DNA from: Heteronotia binoei
Lineage: Eukaryota
DNA length: 64,000 bases
NCBI RefSeq assembly: GCF_032191835.1
Contig: NC_083229.1
Coordinates: 14,012,001-14,076,000 of the forward strand
Direction: 5' to 3'
The notes beneath the pieces were generated by a model that made no database searches, was not told the DNA's origin, and was given only the letters and a program-made list of their open reading frames with translations. The position numbers and the translations under genes are program-made. Below, piece after piece: positions 58,497-64,000 of the stretch (the stretch's first letter is position 1; the number at the start of each line of letters is the position of its first letter).

Positions 58497-60985
58497 CACA
58501 ACGACCCGAGTCAGCAGGGCCCACAAACAGGTAGTTGTCCAAATAATGAACGACGTCCTGTAAACTCACTTTCTCGTGCACAGCCCATTCCAAAAAGGTG
58601 CTGAAACACTCGAAAGCGGCACATGATACAGAGCAACCCATAGGCAATGCCCTGTCCATGTAAAATTGCCCTGCAAACGAAAAACCCAGCAGCTCAAAAT
58701 CATCCAGGTGGACAGGGAGAAGGCGAAATGCCGACTTGATATCGCATTTCGCCAACTCAGCCCCCTGACCACAGCATCGCACGATGCACACGGCCTGATC
58801 AAATGAGGTGTACCTAACGGAACATAGCTCCTCGGGTATGCCATCATTGACAGAAGAACCCCTGGGGTAAGAAAGATGGTGAATCAAACGAAATTCACCA
58901 GGTGCTTTCTTTGGCATGACTCCCAACGGGGAAACCCTAAGATTCAACACAGGAGGACTGGCGAAAGGGCCCAAAATCCTGCCCTACGCCAGCTCCTTAG
59001 CAATTTTTGCTTCCACTATATGCTTTAAACCCACAACTGACTTAAGGTTCCTGGACCAAGTTGGTACTCGAGAACCTTGAAAAGGAATTCTAAAACCCAA
59101 CGTAAAACCGTTCAACAAATAACAACTGTCCTCCCTACGTGGGTACCTACGAAGCCACTTCTCAAGAGGCCCCACCTTTATCGGGCTGGGACCACTTTCC
59201 AGTTTGAGAAGGACCCCCGCCTGATCTTTTCTGGCCCTTATGTGGTCGAACTCTAGGGCAGTTGTTGAAGGAATGTGGGCCAGCACACAGGGGGCATTCG
59301 TGCTTAAAGTGGCAGTCTTTACGACTGCACGCCCCCTGGGACCCATACTCCCAGCAAAGCAAGCAGGATTGAACCACCTGCCCTGCAACCCTGCGGGAGG
59401 AGGAGGATGCACCAGAAGGCGAAGAGGAAGCCCTAGTCACTAGGTGACCACTGTCAGATTGGTCCCCCAAATTGGGCCGAGCAGGTGACATCACCTGCAG
59501 CCACAACTGTTGGTGAATCCGATCCCAAGGGAGTGAAGGGTACAAAGCGGCCCTCATCCTGAACTCCTGGTCATATTGGATCCAGGCCGGGCCGCTGAAC
59601 ATCGTATACCCCTTGTATATGATGTCCATATATTGAATCAACGCGGCGGCCCGCCAGGGCTGCGCACGTGCTATCACTCCCGCATATATGAAAAACCCCG
59701 GGAGCCAATTGGCCCAGGTCCGATCAACCTTCCTCTTCCTGAGCTTCTCCTTCTCTTTATCGTCCAGCTCCTCCTTGTCCTTCTTCTCCAATTCCCTAAA
59801 TAAAAGGGAGAATACGTCCACATATTCCCCTTTTAAGATTTTCTCTCTCGTGGCAGGCAGCAGGTGATCACCCAGCGGCAAAGCCACCTCCCTAAAAGGC
59901 ATAGCACTAAAGGGGACCGCCCCATATGGAGATGGGAAACCCCAACCTCTAGGCCAAGTCGCTGCGGATCCCTGCTGACCCACCCCGGGCCAATTACCAA
60001 ATGGACCAAACTGACTCTGTGGCTACATCCAGTTGCTCTGCTGCTCTAAGCCTGGAGTAGAAGGAGCCCCAGCACCGCCCAACGGAGCACCCGCCCCACC
60101 AGGACCAGCAGACCCCCAAGCCCCCCAAGGCCACACAGGCCCAGGATGAGGCAAAGAGCCGTCCCCAGACTTACCAGCCGATAAAGCAGGCACCAAAGCT
60201 GATCCAGTACCACCTGCACCGGACGACGTGCCCGCACCAACATCAGAGCCAGCAGGCCCCACAGCTCCTCCAGCAGCAACTGCAGCAGATCTGCCCTCCA
60301 AAAGAGATAAGCGGGTCAATATATCTGCCTGCAAAGCACGCTTGGACAACCGACCCTTCTTGGGCAACTGAGAAGGTGGAAACCCCGATGCCTGCTCAAG
60401 TGCCCGCAGCCTCTGAAAAATGGCTGCATTAACTTCATCGTCCCCTTCATCGTCCGAAGACGAAGGGGGGGGGGGCTTAGAAGGAGGCTTAGGAGCCTTA
60501 GGGGCAGGCTGTTTCCCTTTTGATTTTCCACTGCCTTTGCGACCCGACATGTTCGCTAAAGAGCACAGCAAACAGCAGACTTTCTTTAACTAGCTTAGCC
60601 AAGCCTAAGGCCAGCAAAAGAATAAAAAGGGGGAAAACAGCCCTCAAAATGGCCACCACCCCAGTGAACTCTAAAATGGCCGTCACCTAAACACCTCGTA
60701 AAATGGCTGCCCGAAGAGCAAGGGTGTGATGAAGAAGAAGCAAGGCCAAAATGGCCCCCAAGCACCAGGGAGACGTACAGCACCTCAAAATGGCCGCCCC
60801 AAGCACACGGCTTAAGGGAGAAGAAGCAAGGCTAAAAATGGCTGCCCAGCCTCAGGGAGAAGTACTCTTACCAGCACCCCTGAACTTCAGCCTCTCAAAA
60901 CAGCTGCCCAGCCCCGCTGTTCCCCACAGTCTTGGTCAAATGGCCACCCCGTCCCCTGACAGCACCACAGTCCTGAATAAGACAC
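58497..60985 (-). mobile_element. Ngaro/DIRS-like retrotransposon, 3'-truncated (copy B)
   Basis: ORF1 60550-59162 is one frame with a single TAG (60023-60025). ORF2 59412-58497 has a single TAG (58984-58986) and YLDN. Confidence 0.85.
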
Positions 60986-61741
60986 CTAAAAAAAGTCTGC
61001 TGTGAAAACGTTGAGAAAGCAACGTCACCCCAGAGTCAAAAACGACTGGTGCTTGCACAGGGGACCTTTCCTTTCCTCCCCTCCAAGTGCTAACCAGGGC
61101 TGACCCTGCCTAGCTTCCAAAACTGGGCTAGTCTGTTAGCCAGTGTGAAAAGAGGGGGGGGGGATCCCAATGGACTGCTCTTTACCCCCAAAAGGCGATG
61201 TTCCTATAGTCAAAAACGACTGGTGCTTGCACAGGGGACCTTTCCTTTCCTCCCCTCCAAGTGCTAACCAGGGCTGACCCTGCCTAGCTTCCAAAACTGG
61301 GCTACTCTGTTAGCCAGTGTGAAAAGAGGGGGGGGGGATCCCAATGGACTGCTCTTTACCCCCAAAAGGTGATGTTCCTATAGCCCCTGTGCAAAACCAA
61401 CCCAGAAGAACACCCAGCAACAGCCCACAAGACAAACTTTCTCCAGGGCACACAGCAAGCCCTGGTAATCAAACTGTTTAAAGGAAGAATGCTCCCTCGA
61501 CGCGCTCAGCTCTGCTCAGTCGATCCACCCGATGCTCCACAAACGGCCCAGACAGCCCCGACGCGTCAGGAGCTCACATACAAGCTCCAAGCCTTCCAAA
61601 AACGCCGGGAAGACTGCCGCGGCGTCGAATGGGGCATCAGCAACAGCACTAGAAGCGTGCCGAAGATTCCGCTCTCCCTCCAGGGGGGGCAAAACTTCCC
61701 CCTCAGCCACGCTGCGATGCAGTGGGCTTCAGGAGGCTTCA

Positions 61742-64000
61742 TTCCCACCGAAGCGGCTCAGGGCGGCTTACAACATACAAAATCTAACATAAAGTTTGGT
61801 TTTAAAATACATCAATTTTCAACAATTTAAAACAGTAAAATAGTAAAACATATGGAACAAACGATCGGCCAAAGTGCTACACTACAACCTTCCATAAAGT
61901 TTCCAATGTCAGTTAGTTATAGGCCAGCCGGAAGAGGGCTGTCTTACAGGCCCTGCGGAACTGCCCAAGGTCCCGCAGGGCCCTCACCTCTTCCGGCAGC
62001 TGGTTCCACCAGCAAGGAGCCATTACCGAAAAGGTAAAAGCACTCTGACCTCAACCCCTCCTTCTACCCTGGGGGATGGGCCTATATCAGGGGTGGCCAA
62101 CGGTAGCTCTTCAGATGTTTTTTGCCTACAACTCCCATCAGCCCCAGCCAGCATGGCCAAGGGCTGGGACTGATGGGAGTCGTAGGCAAAAAAGCATCTG
62201 GAGAGCTACCATTGGCCACCCCTGGCCTATAGGAGTGCCTGCCTGCCTGGGGCCACCATTCCCCTACCCCTAACCTGGCCCTAGGCGGTCACTGCAACCT
62301 TTTTCCTACTCTTGTTGCCTTGTGTGTTGGCTGCTGGCTGGCCCCTGGCTGGCTTGGTGTCTCTGGGCATCATGGCATGCTAGGAAACAGTCTCACATTG
62401 GGCTACTGAGGTTCCCTCCCCAACACTTCCCTTGGCACAGTCTGGAGGCCGCTGTCTCCTCAGAGGCATGTGAAGGACGACACCAGGTAAGACCCTGGAT
62501 GCATATTTATTTGGTAATTTTTTCTATTGAGTTGCCCCCTGTTGTTAACATCACATACTGAGAACTCAGCAACTCAGAGTACAAAAATAACCACACCCCA
62601 GATGGTAATCATCTTCTGCAGAAAATAAAGGGAAATAAGAAGCCCACACAGCTGGTTCCTTGTTCATTGCCCATCTCAGTGCCCTGAAGGTCTACTTTCA
62701 AAGCTTCCTTGAAGGACACCTTTAAGGCTTTGGAGTCATCTTGAACAGTTGACGTTGGGGTCATTCCAGAAGAGGTAAGTATGAGATATCCTTATGGCCA
62801 CTTTTTTGCCTGTCTTTAGAATCATTGGCATTAACTACATAGCTTTTTAACTTATAAAGCAGAGATGTGATCTATTGGAAATCAATTAACGCCATGAGGA
62901 GTCAAGAGAAGGGAAAGCTGCCATGGAAGTGGAGTGGCTAACAAGACAACAGATGGGGGGAGGGTGCAGGGGTAGACAACAGAGTTGTGGGGAGTGGAGG
63001 CAGGGGATCAAGGATGGGATGGATAGGCATTATGGAGAACTAGCATGATGTAACGGTTGAACGTGTCAGATTGTGACCTGGATATGGGTTTTATATCCCA
63101 CCTTCTTCTCCACATGAGGCCTGGCTGGGTGGCCTTGGGCCACTCACAGTTATCTCAGAACTCTTTCAGCCTTACCTGCCTAACAAGTTGTTGGTTGTGG
63201 GTAGAGGAAGGAATGGTGATTGTAAGCTGCTTTGAGATAAGGTGCAACAAAGTGGAATATGGAAATTTTGTCTTCTTCTATGGCTACGCCTGTAGCTGCC
63301 ACAACTCCCTTTGGGTGAAGAAGTACTTACTTTTATCAGTTCTAACCTGACTGCTCAGCAATTTCATCGAATGTCCACGAGTTCTTGTATTGTGAGAAAG
63401 GGAGAAAAGTACTTCTTTCTCTACCTTCTCTGTCCCATGCATAATCTTGTAAACCTCTTGTAAACCTTCACTACTGAGTGTGTCCTCAACTGGGAATTGC
63501 TTTAGAGATACACAGTAGACTCATAGTTTTATTTGCTCATGCTTCTGGACTGCCTGTTTATTTGTTTACACAGTCGGTATGATTTTTGCATACATTCTTC
63601 TGATGGTTTTGTATCCATGCTTTTTCATTTGTATTCTTAATTCACATATCTGATTCAGTTTTGCAGTTTGCTTTTGTAGTGTATGGAGCATATATAAACT
63701 GCTTAATGCCTGTCAGTAGGAAGACACAGAGTCCAAAATGTTTCCGATATGCATTAAGCAGTTTATATATGCTTCCCTGTTGTGAGGAGAGGAAGGGAAG
63801 GAGATTGTACGCCACTCTGAGATTCCAAGTGAAGGGTGGGGTATAAATCCAACTCCTACTACTACTACGGCCTTTTTTCTTTGTTTCTTTTTGAAGGAAT
63901 ACACAGTTCCCACTGACTTGGCATCAGGGAGTGTGTCCTGATATGCAGATGAGTTCCAGCTGGGCTTTTTCTATGAAAAAAGCCCTGTGTGAAACACTAG
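61742..64000 (+). repeat. Third copy (C) of the 15.5-kb unit, runs off the window
   Basis: Same junction as 46217; contains the orphan module (62045-62780), MITE 62088-62224 and the downstream module. Confidence 0.9.

Larger units (their letters stand above)
46217..61741 (+). repeat. 15.5-kb tandem segmental duplication, copy B
   Basis: Near-identical to 30706-46216, including all nested TEs. Confidence 0.95.

Noticed and set aside
484-64000. Many 60-160-aa ORFs recurring with similar sequence (e.g. MGNQTRFSQIR..., MQAPVVSDSG..., MFFAYNSHQPQP...)
   Set aside because: They are translations of SINE, MITE and CR1 copies, not a gene family.

Overview
Vertebrate genomic DNA, most likely a squamate reptile and probably a gecko. 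This is inferred from the repeat landscape: Squam3-like and Sauria-like SINEs, CR1 3' ends and hAT MITEs. The window is a + strand tandem array of single-coding-exon class A GPCRs of the MAS1/MRGPR family. Four reading frames are intact (15375-16346, 28051-29028, 37399-38379 and its near-identical copy 52920-53900). Two are disrupted pseudogenes (8148-9036, 19050-20010) and one is a TM6-TM7-C-tail remnant (2333-2644). Each ancestral unit carries a conserved upstream module with two candidate non-coding exons and a conserved downstream module with AATAAA. Three upstream modules have lost their coding exon, and one coding exon has lost its module. The right half is a young ~15.5-kb tandem amplification (copies start at 30706, 46217 and 61742). 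Each full copy holds one receptor gene and a 3'-truncated Ngaro/DIRS-like retroelement (gag-like ORF with zinc finger plus overlapping RT ORF). Other notable items are a Penelope-like palindrome retaining a hammerhead-ribozyme core (29692-29726), a Harbinger-like element, a cluster of YY1-type motifs and several local template-switch or tandem duplications. Gene boundaries and target-site duplications were read by eye from the sequence. Repeat-family names are recognition-based and were not checked against a database.
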